Shown piece after piece: positions 8,791 through 16,953 of a stretch of 49,703 bases of DNA. Source of the stretch: an uncultured virus (IMG/VR IMGVR_UViG_3300027672_001707) (lineage: Duplodnaviria; Heunggongvirae; Uroviricota; Caudoviricetes); the IMG/VR virus record IMGVR_UViG_3300027672_001707; one strand, 5' to 3'. Both the position numbers and the translations under genes were made by a program. A model generated the notes under the pieces. That model saw only the letters and a list, made by a program, of their open reading frames with translations, was not told the origin of the DNA and did not search any database. Numbering within the stretch: the stretch's first letter is position 1; each line of letters starts with the position of its first letter.

Positions 8791-9477
8791 ATGAGTATAA
8801 GTGAAGAAATTAAAAAAAGAATCCAGGCTGATAAAGGACGTTATTGGGCTGGAGATAACATTAGCAAGTATCTTGAAGATGGTGATACTGAGAAACTAAT
8901 CGAAGAACTTACACCTAAGTTCAGTAGTGTACTAGATAGTTTGCTTATTGATAGAGAAAATGATCCTAACAGTAACGACACTGGTAGACGTCTTGCTAAA
9001 ATGTATATTAACGAATTGATGAGTGGACGCTATTTTCCAAAGCCTAATGCAACTGCATTTCCACAAGAGATGGCAGATGCATACACAGGTATTTTGGTGG
9101 TTCGTAGTGAACTTAAAAGTGTCTGTTCTCATCACCACCAACCAGTAACTGGTGTCGCATACATAGGAATACTTGCGGCAGAGAAATTGATTGGGTTGAG
9201 CAAATACACTCGTATAGCTCAGTGGTGTGCAAGACGTGGCACACTGCAAGAAGAACTTTGTAATAATATCGCTAGAGAAATTATGAATGCAACTGGAAGT
9301 GAAGACGTGGGTGTTTACATTCAAGCAACACATGGTTGTTGTGAGAATCGTGGCATTATGGCACACAGTAGTTTAACACAAACTACAGTACTTAAAGGTG
9401 CATTTACAAATGACGCTGGTACAAAGCAAGAGTTCTTCGATAACATTAAACTACAACAGGAGTTTGCTCCTAGATAG
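8791..9477 (+). CDS. folE: GTP cyclohydrolase I
   Basis: SVCSHHHQP, IGLSKYTRI, LQEEL and HGCCENRG Zn and substrate motifs. Confidence 0.95.
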   Translation: MSISEEIKKRIQADKGRYWAGDNISKYLEDGDTEKLIEELTPKFSSVLDSLLIDRENDPNSNDTGRRLAKMYINELMSGRYFPKPNATAFPQEMADAYTGILVVRSELKSVCSHHHQPVTGVAYIGILAAEKLIGLSKYTRIAQWCARRGTLQEELCNNIAREIMNATGSEDVGVYIQATHGCCENRGIMAHSSLTQTTVLKGAFTNDAGTKQEFFDNIKLQQEFAPR

Positions 9478-9483
9478 GACTTT

Positions 9484-9687
9484 ATGACAAGTGTAGATGA
9501 TAGAGATAATGATGCAACGTTCGAAAACGAACAAAGTACTGTAACATTAACTTTAAAAGAATACGACAAGTTAAAAAGTAGTAAAGCATTTATTACAGAT
9601 AAAAGTTTAATATCCGTAATAGATAAAATTGAAGAACTGGTTAGAGCATTAAGAAAACATATCGTGAGGTCTGAATTTAATGACTAG
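9484..9687 (+). CDS. Hypothetical protein
   Basis: 67 aa ORF with RBS, in operon. Confidence 0.65.
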   Translation: MTSVDDRDNDATFENEQSTVTLTLKEYDKLKSSKAFITDKSLISVIDKIEELVRALRKHIVRSEFND

Positions 9688-9835
9688 TTCTAAACCAATA
9701 GTATACCATATATGTGATGATGGAACACTCTTAGAAAAGAAAGACTACGAGTGGTTACAACTTCATATGAAGAAACAAACCAACAGTCCTAAGTATAAAG
9801 TTAAGGACAAATTAAGCAAACGTACTAAACGATAA
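9680..9835 (+). CDS. Small basic hypothetical protein (not in ORF track)
   Basis: 51 aa MTSSKPIVYHICDDG...; overlaps the previous stop and is TAATG-coupled to the next ORF. Confidence 0.5.
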   Translation: MTSSKPIVYHICDDGTLLEKKDYEWLQLHMKKQTNSPKYKVKDKLSKRTKR

Positions 9836-9960
9836 TGACATTTAGTGACGGGATAGGTTTGTTCTTCCTAGGTATGGTAGTTACTGTTATAGTTCTATAC
9901 TTAATCCTATTTAAGTTTATGGACACAACGGATAAAGAGAATGACAATAGAACCGATTAA
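9835..9960 (+). CDS. Small single-TM protein (not in ORF track)
   Basis: 41 aa MTFSDGIGLFFLGMVVTVIVLYLILFKF... Confidence 0.5.
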   Translation: MTFSDGIGLFFLGMVVTVIVLYLILFKFMDTTDKENDNRTD

Positions 9961-10258
9961 AGAAAAACTTGACGATAAAATAGCAAAACTTAATAGCTCT
10001 AGAGTCTTCAAAAAGATTACACCTAAAGGAGACTTGTCGTGGTACATTAAGTGGGCGGCAAGTTTTTTTATACTAACTGCCGTTGCGGCTAGAAGTGTAG
10101 GTACAATACCTCTTATAGACTTATGGTTTAGTTTAATAGGAACAGTAGGATGGTTTTGGGTAGGTATGCTTTGGCATGACAGAGCCCTTACTATGCTAAA
10201 CGCAACATTAACAACATTATTAGTCGCAGGACTATTTCAACATTATTTCGGAGGATAG
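9941..10258 (+). CDS. Small 3-TM membrane protein (DUF6552-like)
   Basis: WYIKW...GWFWVGMLWHDRAL pattern, three hydrophobic helices. Confidence 0.65.
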   Translation: MTIEPIKEKLDDKIAKLNSSRVFKKITPKGDLSWYIKWAASFFILTAVAARSVGTIPLIDLWFSLIGTVGWFWVGMLWHDRALTMLNATLTTLLVAGLFQHYFGG

Positions 10259-10495
10259 ATGCCATCTATGCCAATACCAGAGAGAGTTTATGTTCCAGTT
10301 ACGGAACAACCAAAATCCCCCAAAGGGATAACACCTGCCCCAAAGGATCCAAGCATGGGCCATTTTTATGTCAGTTTGGTCAAATCGTTTTTAAGAATAG
10401 GCGCCGGAGGATCACTCCTCTACGGTAATCTTTTGGTGGCAGGTATCTTATTCATAATTGCCGAATTACTAGGCATATTAGAAGAACTAGTATAA
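10259..10495 (+). CDS. Small membrane protein
   Basis: Pro-rich N-terminus, HFYVSLVKSFLRI...AELLGILEELV. Confidence 0.7.
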   Translation: MPSMPIPERVYVPVTEQPKSPKGITPAPKDPSMGHFYVSLVKSFLRIGAGGSLLYGNLLVAGILFIIAELLGILEELV

Positions 10496-10983
10496 TGTTA
10501 AAAGATTACAAAGGACAAATAGACAACTTCTTCAGGTGGGTTAAAGGTGCCGAACTAGTTGAGCTACACGAAATTGACGTAACAGAAGATCCTGTACGTC
10601 CTAACCTAGACTTAGAGTTTAGAACAAGTTACGGACGTAAAATTTATGGATTGAAGTACGAAGATACTATTGAAGGAATTATTTGCATAGCCTATACAAA
10701 TGAAGTACCAACTACTGAAAAAGAATTGGAACTAATGAGTAAGACGGCTAGTTTAGAAAGTAACCCAACAATAGCAATAGCCTACACTGTATGGTCTCGT
10801 AAACGAGGTGCAGGAAGGGAAATTATTCTTAAACTAAAAGAATACATTTCAAAAGAGTTACCACACATTAAACGTGTAGTAACTTTATCACCATTGACAC
10901 CAATGGCAACACACTTTCATATTAAGAATGGTGCAAGGTTGATCGAAATTAATACAACCACGCAGAATTTCGAATACAAATAA
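10495..10983 (+). CDS. Hypothetical protein, possible GNAT fold
   Basis: YTVWSRKRGAGR resembles the acetyl-CoA binding motif A; FHIKNGA resembles the FY..xGF motif. Confidence 0.55.
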   Translation: MLKDYKGQIDNFFRWVKGAELVELHEIDVTEDPVRPNLDLEFRTSYGRKIYGLKYEDTIEGIICIAYTNEVPTTEKELELMSKTASLESNPTIAIAYTVWSRKRGAGREIILKLKEYISKELPHIKRVVTLSPLTPMATHFHIKNGARLIEINTTTQNFEYK

Positions 10984-11024
10984 TATGATTAATTATAACA
11001 TAACATACACCACGGAGGAAACTT

Positions 11025-11633
11025 ATGTTTAACTTTAAGAACGTAGACAAAACTATGTTGATGAAACTTGTAGCACTACACGTTATTGTGATTACAGTAT
11101 CAAATGCATTGGTCGGTATTCCAGTAGAGATATTTGGAGTAAAATTAACATGGGCGGCATTCACGTTCCCATTAGTAGTAATTGCAACAGACTTAACTGT
11201 TAGGTTACTAGGCAAAAGCATTGCAAGGCAAACTATTGCGGCGGCATATCCGTTAGCAATTATTGGATCTATAGCAGTTGTACTAGCCGAAGGTGCACCA
11301 GGATCTGTTGCATTAAGAATTGGCTTTGCAAGTGCTACTGCATACGCAGTAGGTACATTACTTGATGTATATGTATTCCAATACATCAGAGAAGGATTTA
11401 AGAACAATTGGTGGTTGGCACCTGCGGTATCAACTGTGGCGGCAAACATCATCGATACTTACACATTCTTTGCAGTTGCATTTAACAACGGTGCTGATGA
11501 ATATATGGCGGCAAATTGGATTGAGATTGCAGGTTCACAAGTTGTAATTAAAATTGCAGTAGGCTTAATCATATTCTTACCAGCATATGGTCTGTTACTC
11601 AAGCATCTACAAAAGAAATACAAGTTAAAATAA
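11025..11633 (+). CDS. yhhQ: Queuosine precursor (preQ0/preQ1) transporter, YhhQ/COG1738
   Basis: SNALV, TWAAFTFP...TDLTVRLLG, RIGFASATAY...LDVYVF, WWLAP and DTYTFFAVAF match the YhhQ pattern. Confidence 0.9.
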   Translation: MFNFKNVDKTMLMKLVALHVIVITVSNALVGIPVEIFGVKLTWAAFTFPLVVIATDLTVRLLGKSIARQTIAAAYPLAIIGSIAVVLAEGAPGSVALRIGFASATAYAVGTLLDVYVFQYIREGFKNNWWLAPAVSTVAANIIDTYTFFAVAFNNGADEYMAANWIEIAGSQVVIKIAVGLIIFLPAYGLLLKHLQKKYKLK

Positions 11634-11662
11634 CCTAAACAGTTATCGGATAACTTGGAACT

Positions 11663-11688
11663 AAAGCCACCTTCGGGTGGCTTTTTTT
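11663..11688 (+). terminator. Rho-independent terminator
   Basis: AAAGCCACC-TTCG-GGTGGCTTT hairpin with a UUCG loop followed by a T run. Confidence 0.9.
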
Positions 11689-11700
11689 ATGGGCCAAAGG

Positions 11701-11728
11701 TTGACAGATTAGCAAAATCCTGTATAAT
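11701..11728 (+). promoter_or_regulatory. Early-type sigma70-like promoter
   Basis: AAAGG-TTGACA-16nt-TATAAT. Confidence 0.75.
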
Positions 11729-11757
11729 ATAATATTAAAACAAGAAAAAGGAACCAT

Positions 11758-11985
11758 ATGTTAACAAGTTTAATGACAAGTTTTATGGTAAGATCTCGCC
11801 CCGACACTAAATTAAAGACTTTCAACGTTGATTATGTACGAGCTATTAGTAAGCAAGATGCAATCAATCGTCTTGACCAAACAATAGAAGCAAGAGGCGA
11901 CACAGTAATTGATGTGTTAGAACCCGGTGAACAAGCATATGGTATGTCTAAGAAGGATATACAAGCACTTTTTAGGCAAAAATAA
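11758..11985 (+). CDS. Hypothetical early protein
   Basis: 75 aa ORF behind promoter and AAGGA RBS. Confidence 0.65.
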   Translation: MLTSLMTSFMVRSRPDTKLKTFNVDYVRAISKQDAINRLDQTIEARGDTVIDVLEPGEQAYGMSKKDIQALFRQK

Positions 11986-12040
11986 TAAAAAAAAGATTAA
12001 AGAGCCTTGTTTTCATTGGGTTTTTTAATGCGTTATTAGG

Positions 12041-12083
12041 TTGACAGATAGGCTAGATGTGCTATTATAGTAATATAAGTTAA
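12041..12083 (+). promoter_or_regulatory. Repeated early promoter element
   Basis: TTGACA-16nt-TATTAT with TGn extension, followed by TATAAGTTAA and AAGGAG. Confidence 0.75.
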
Positions 12084-12102
12084 TTAATAAGGAGTAGCAA
12101 AT

Positions 12103-12297
12103 ATGTTTAATAAAGTAATGCAAACAACCGCGTATATACTAATTGTTTTAGGTATTATAGCAATGGCAGGATCAGGCGGTGATTGTGATGGAAAATGTGG
12201 TCCCGGAAACTCTATTACAGAAATGTTACAAATCGCGGCAGTTGGACTGGCAATGTTAGCCACTGGTGCAGTTATTTTAATCAAAGGAGATGCTTAA
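12103..12297 (+). CDS. Small two-TM membrane protein with CDGKC loop
   Basis: 64 aa, two hydrophobic helices flanking GSGGDCDGKCGPG. Confidence 0.7.
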   Translation: MFNKVMQTTAYILIVLGIIAMAGSGGDCDGKCGPGNSITEMLQIAAVGLAMLATGAVILIKGDA

Positions 12298-12554
12298 TGA
12301 ATACAGTAATTAAAAAAGAAGTAATGTCTATGTCTTTAACAGAACTTAATGCTCTTACTAGTTTTATTAACGAAGTTAAAGTACTTAATGCAAAAGCAAG
12401 TCTGTCAGTTGGTATGGACGTTTATATTGTACAGAAGACTAAGAAAACACTTGGTACAATTACTAAAATTAATCAAAAGAAATGTTTAGTTAAGACGCAC
12501 AGTGCTATTGGTACAACTTATACTGTTCCAATGTCAATGTTAGAGGCGGCTTAA
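12297..12554 (+). CDS. Hypothetical protein (SH3/KOW-like C-terminus)
   Basis: Start 12297 via TAATG overlap; LSVGMDV...GTITKINQKKCLV...YTVPMSML. Confidence 0.65.
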   Translation: MNTVIKKEVMSMSLTELNALTSFINEVKVLNAKASLSVGMDVYIVQKTKKTLGTITKINQKKCLVKTHSAIGTTYTVPMSMLEAA

Positions 12555-12649
12555 TGTTAAACGATTTAATATCGTTTATATGGAAGAGTGCAATAGCACT
12601 TTTCCTAGTTTGGTTTATATTTTTCTTAATTGGTTTAGGAGTAAGTTAA
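12554..12649 (+). CDS. 31-aa hydrophobic peptide (not in ORF track)
   Basis: MLNDLISFIWKSAIALFLVWFIFFLIGLGVS; TAATG-coupled at both ends. Confidence 0.55.
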   Translation: MLNDLISFIWKSAIALFLVWFIFFLIGLGVS

Positions 12650-15579
12650 TGAATAAAAAGACAGCAGTGTTAGGAATGGTTAGTATGTTGGCTCTTACCG
12701 CTTGTGGCGGTGGTGGAGGTGGAAGTATTAGTATCACTGCACCAACTCCAACTAATATTGGAACTGTTTCTTTTAATTCATTAATTTCCAATAGTATAGG
12801 AAATCTTGCAGTAATACAAACTGTTACCGAAGATGGTAAAGTAACTGCCCAGGAGGCAGTAGAAGTATTTGAATGGATGAACAATAATAGTATTGATGAA
12901 TCCGTATTAAAAAATTATACAGTTGAAATCGATGGTGTTGCAACTCCACTTGACCAAGCATGGAATAAACTTAAAGGTTACAAGAAAGTTTATTATGATG
13001 GTAAAGAAACCTTTTGGAAAGGTGTTGCTGATAGCGGAACATTTGATGATGAAACTGGTGCATATTTAGATGTAAAAGCCTTTGCACAAAATGAAGATAA
13101 GATTGACTTTGAAAAGGTTGGTACAGGTGAGATTGAAGTTGAAGATGTTAAAGATATTATTGCCCCTGTCGTAGAAGAACCAGTAGTTGAAGAGCCTATT
13201 GTAGAAGAGCCTATTGTAGAAGAGCCTATTGTAGAAGAGCCTATTGTAGAGGAACCAGTAGTTGAAGTAACTGAAGTTTCTAGAGAACAAGTTGCAAAAG
13301 AATTACAAAGCCAAGTAGTAGAGTCAACAGTAGCAGGTGATGTTAGTAAATCATTTAATGCTACAGTAGATTGCACTAATCAAATATTACAAGATGGCAC
13401 AACTCATACAGGAACTTGCGACAAGTATAGAGTTCAAACAAACATGAACGAAAACCTAATTAAGACGTGGAATGTAACATACAACATAACGTATAGTGAC
13501 AATAGTGTTAAGGCTATTACAGTTGTTGAAACTTCTACGCACATTGTTCCAGCAAGTCCTGTTATAACTTACGAGTACATTAAGAATGGTGATGCTCCTG
13601 TAGAAGAAGAAGTTGTTGAAGAAGAAGTTGTTGAAGAAGAAAACAACACATCAGTTTCATATGCAAATGTTGTATATACACATAGCGACTTGGGTACAGT
13701 AACTCCTGGTGCTATTAAAGATAATAACTTATATAGAACAGACGAGTTCTTTGGACTTGCAGACTTTGTTAACGATAACGTGCTGTCTACTATTAATGCA
13801 GATGCGGCATGGAGCAGAGGTTGGACAGGTAAAGGAAGTATTGTAGTTATTGCAGACAGTGGTGCTAACGTAAACCACACAGACTTAGATGGTAACATTG
13901 GACTTACTAAAAACTTCTTAGACAATAGTACAGATGTTTCGGACAGTAACGGACACGGTACACACGTTGCAGGTATTACAGGTGCAGAACTTGATGGTAA
14001 CGGAATAATTGGTGTAGCACCAGATGTTACTATGATGATTGCAAAAGTAACAGACAATACTGCATATAGTTTTTACAGGGCCAAAAAAGCCGCACAGTGG
14101 GGCAAGGATAACGGAGCAATAGCAATTAATGTTAGTGCCGAAGTTAGATTAGATAACGGATTTAAAAGAAGTCTTACATTAGATGGTAACGGACAATGGC
14201 ATAGTACACATTGGTATTATGGTGTAAATGGTTACAATGGTGCAAAAGACGAAGCAACAGGTTGGAAAACTGCATTAGGTGATGACATGGTATTAGTTAA
14301 AGCCGCAGGTAACCAAGGGTATGAATATAGTCCAGGTATGAACCAAATGGCTACTGCAACTGATAGCAATGGTAACTTAATACTAGATGGGCAAATGCTT
14401 GTAGTAGGTAGTTGGGATATTGCTAACAATCAGATATCAGGATTTAGTAACAAAGCAGGCACGGTATGTACAACTTATGTTAATGATGCTTGTACAGATG
14501 CCGCAAGTATAAGTGATTACTATATACTTGCACCGGGTACGAGTGTGTACAGTACAGATAATAATGGTACAGGGTATGTACATATGTCAGGTACTAGTAT
14601 GGCGGCTCCGGTAGTAACAGGTGCAGTTGCTATTGTTAATCAAATGTGGCCTCACATGAAAGGCAAGAACCTTGTAAGACTTCTTACAGAAACTGCTGAT
14701 AAAACTATTGCAAACTATAATGTAAACACACACGGACAAGGATTGTTAGATTTAGATAAAGCAACACAACCAGTTGGAGTAACAGGTATTCCTACCACTG
14801 GTAGAACAAATGGTAGTGTAAGTTCACTGTCAGGATATGTTTCAGGTAGCAGTGGTGCTATGTCAGAACTTGCTAGTGTAATGGTATTAGATAGTTATGA
14901 AAGAGATTTTTATGTAGACATGAGTACTTCATATAAAGTAGATACAAGAGCAAATAAATTTACACACACATTGGCGGCAACAAATATGTATGCAGGGTAT
15001 AGTAATTATGACCAACACTTGGCATTACCGCACATTGCATTAAATGATAATCCAGATCATCAGTGGACAATACAACCTGGATTCTTTAACGAAGCAAATT
15101 CGTTTTTAGGAAACAGTCAATCAGGTGTGTTTGGTAATTTAGATAATGCATACACAACTTATGCCAACTTCAATTACAATGCATCTTATAATGATGTTAA
15201 GGTATTTGGACAGTTTGGTTTAGGTTACACTAAAAATTCTTACAGTAATGAATGGAGTATGTTAAGTAAAGCAGGCGATATTTACAGTAGTACATGGAGT
15301 GCTGGTGTTGAAAAGAATGGTTGGGGTGCAAGTGTAAGTCAGCCAGTTACTATTGAAACTGCTAGTATGACGTATAATGTACCTACTAGTAGAGATATGG
15401 ATGGTAACGTAAACAATACAGAAACTAAAGTTAATATGAAAACAGACGAAAGAAACCTTGACTTTACTGCATATTACAAGTATAATATAGATACAGTAGA
15501 CTTCAAAGCATATGTTGAACAAAGAACAGGTGGATTTGCTGACACAAACTTAGGAGTACAAATTGCATACAAGTTTTAA
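12649..15579 (+). CDS. Lipoprotein S8 subtilisin-like protease with probable C-terminal outer-membrane beta-barrel (autotransporter-like)
   Basis: Lipobox LTAC followed by GGGGGG; catalytic triad IADSG / HGTHVAG / GTSMAAP plus AAGN; amphipathic beta C-terminus ending in YKF; AGGAG RBS before ATG 12649. Confidence 0.85.
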   Translation: MNKKTAVLGMVSMLALTACGGGGGGSISITAPTPTNIGTVSFNSLISNSIGNLAVIQTVTEDGKVTAQEAVEVFEWMNNNSIDESVLKNYTVEIDGVATPLDQAWNKLKGYKKVYYDGKETFWKGVADSGTFDDETGAYLDVKAFAQNEDKIDFEKVGTGEIEVEDVKDIIAPVVEEPVVEEPIVEEPIVEEPIVEEPIVEEPVVEVTEVSREQVAKELQSQVVESTVAGDVSKSFNATVDCTNQILQDGTTHTGTCDKYRVQTNMNENLIKTWNVTYNITYSDNSVKAITVVETSTHIVPASPVITYEYIKNGDAPVEEEVVEEEVVEEENNTSVSYANVVYTHSDLGTVTPGAIKDNNLYRTDEFFGLADFVNDNVLSTINADAAWSRGWTGKGSIVVIADSGANVNHTDLDGNIGLTKNFLDNSTDVSDSNGHGTHVAGITGAELDGNGIIGVAPDVTMMIAKVTDNTAYSFYRAKKAAQWGKDNGAIAINVSAEVRLDNGFKRSLTLDGNGQWHSTHWYYGVNGYNGAKDEATGWKTALGDDMVLVKAAGNQGYEYSPGMNQMATATDSNGNLILDGQMLVVGSWDIANNQISGFSNKAGTVCTTYVNDACTDAASISDYYILAPGTSVYSTDNNGTGYVHMSGTSMAAPVVTGAVAIVNQMWPHMKGKNLVRLLTETADKTIANYNVNTHGQGLLDLDKATQPVGVTGIPTTGRTNGSVSSLSGYVSGSSGAMSELASVMVLDSYERDFYVDMSTSYKVDTRANKFTHTLAATNMYAGYSNYDQHLALPHIALNDNPDHQWTIQPGFFNEANSFLGNSQSGVFGNLDNAYTTYANFNYNASYNDVKVFGQFGLGYTKNSYSNEWSMLSKAGDIYSSTWSAGVEKNGWGASVSQPVTIETASMTYNVPTSRDMDGNVNNTETKVNMKTDERNLDFTAYYKYNIDTVDFKAYVEQRTGGFADTNLGVQIAYKF
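13174..13263 (+). repeat. 15-bp coding tandem repeat (EEP[IV]V x6)
   Basis: Four identical GAAGAGCCTATTGTA units flanked by two GARGAACCAGTAGTT units. Confidence 0.95.
13600..13641 (+). repeat. Short coding repeat (VEEEV x3)
   Basis: GAAGAAGAAGTTGTT repeated. Confidence 0.85.
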
Positions 15580-15859
15580 AAAGCCAAATGATCAAACGTT
15601 AGAAGAATTAAGACTATCATTTAGAAACGGATTGTTTAGTAGTAAGTTAGATCCTATAGACGAAGTATATGATCCTGAATGGCAAGTTTACAGTTGGGAC
15701 GAAGGTAATGAAATTGAACCTATGCACCCACATGATGCTCTTTTAATGGAGTTAAAAGGAATGATAGTTGTTAACATGACAGAGAAACATGGCATGAGAC
15801 CAGCACATTTAAAATTGATCGAAAGAAAAGAACAGGAAGAAAGGTGGGCAAATAGATAG
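15563..15859 (+). CDS. Hypothetical protein
   Basis: 98 aa, TTG start with AGGAG upstream. Confidence 0.6.
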   Translation: MHTSFKKPNDQTLEELRLSFRNGLFSSKLDPIDEVYDPEWQVYSWDEGNEIEPMHPHDALLMELKGMIVVNMTEKHGMRPAHLKLIERKEQEERWANR

Positions 15860-15861
15860 TT

Positions 15862-16434
15862 ATGTTTAAAAAAATATTAATAGCAACAGTAATTGCAACA
15901 TTGACACTTTCAAGTCATGCTTGGGGGTTTAGTAACGAGTTTAATAGAGCAGAAACAATTGAATCAATGCAAAAAGGTGGAATGATTGTATTTGTAAGAC
16001 ACGCCTACGCACCTAAAGTAAAAGGTATTAACGAAGACAAGAGTAGTAAGGTATGTGGTAACCAAAGAAACTTAATGTCAGAAGGTATTAAACAATCAAA
16101 AGCAATTGGTGTATTCTTAAGAGAACATAATATTAAAATTGAGAAGGCATGGTCAAGTCCTATTTGTAGATGTTGGCAAACTGCCGAGTATGCCGGAATA
16201 GAATTTAAAAAGAATAAGTTGTTTGATTCACAAACAAAAGAGTTTGATAAGATTAGAGATTTAATAAAGAGTTGGGATGGTAAAGGAAACTTGTTCGTCT
16301 TTACACATTTCAAAGTAATGAACAGTGTTTTTCCAGGCTTCAAAGCAGACAGTGGACAAATGCTAGTAGTAGATACAAATCTAACTAGAATTGGAGTAAT
16401 TAGTACTCCATATGATTTGATGAACAAGCAGTAA
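15862..16434 (+). CDS. Exported histidine phosphatase family protein
   Basis: Signal peptide; FVRHA, SSPICRCWQTA and FTH motifs. Confidence 0.85.
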   Translation: MFKKILIATVIATLTLSSHAWGFSNEFNRAETIESMQKGGMIVFVRHAYAPKVKGINEDKSSKVCGNQRNLMSEGIKQSKAIGVFLREHNIKIEKAWSSPICRCWQTAEYAGIEFKKNKLFDSQTKEFDKIRDLIKSWDGKGNLFVFTHFKVMNSVFPGFKADSGQMLVVDTNLTRIGVISTPYDLMNKQ

Positions 16435-16443
16435 GGGATAGTA

Positions 16444-16944
16444 ATGTTTAAGAAGTTAATGACATGGTTAGGAAGATATAGAATTATAAATGATAGGCAA
16501 ACAGGTGAACCGTATTTAGAAAGGTATTACTTGTTCCTTAAGGATAGAAAGAACTTTCCTTTTAACATATTTTTACACAAGTTTGTAAAAAGTGATCCTG
16601 ATCATTTACATGACCATCCATGGGGTTATACTACATTTATTCTTAAAGGTGGCTATCACGAATGGGTACCAGTTATAGTACCTGAGACTGGAGCAGTTGT
16701 AGGATCAACAAGAGAATGGAGAGGTCCTGGATCTCTTATTAAAGCAACGGCAGATAGTATGCACAGAGTAGAACTAGAGCCAGGTATTACACCTTGGACT
16801 ATTTTTATTCCAGGTAAGAAAAGTAAGGACTGGGGTTTTATTCACCCAAAGAAAGTTGATCAAATGTTTGGAGATTTTAAAACTAAAACAGTAAAGTATG
16901 TTTGGACAGATCACAAAACGTATTTAGGCGAAGATAACATTTAA
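16444..16944 (+). CDS. Cupin-like protein
   Basis: LHDHPW...GGYHE...HRVEL metal-binding cupin pattern. Confidence 0.75.
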   Translation: MFKKLMTWLGRYRIINDRQTGEPYLERYYLFLKDRKNFPFNIFLHKFVKSDPDHLHDHPWGYTTFILKGGYHEWVPVIVPETGAVVGSTREWRGPGSLIKATADSMHRVELEPGITPWTIFIPGKKSKDWGFIHPKKVDQMFGDFKTKTVKYVWTDHKTYLGEDNI

Positions 16945-16953
16945 GGGGCAAAG

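Noticed and set aside
10984..11024. preQ1 riboswitch upstream of yhhQ (also checked before queD and folE)
   Set aside because: No preQ1-I stem-loop with an A-rich tail, and the leaders are too short.
11986..12040. Intergenic CCTTGTTTTCATTGGG element as an att, dif or operator site
   Set aside because: Single copy in the window, no integrase, and no convincing dyad.
12580..12648. ORF-track N-terminal extensions (12580, also 7049, 8124, 12195, 22792, 24387, 33992, 40841)
   Set aside because: Downstream ATGs have a better RBS or stop-start coupling and give correct domain or signal-peptide starts; several extensions overlap small ORFs in other frames.
13174..13263. CRISPR-like repeat array
   Set aside because: The 15-bp units are contiguous with no spacers and encode an in-frame EEPIV linker.
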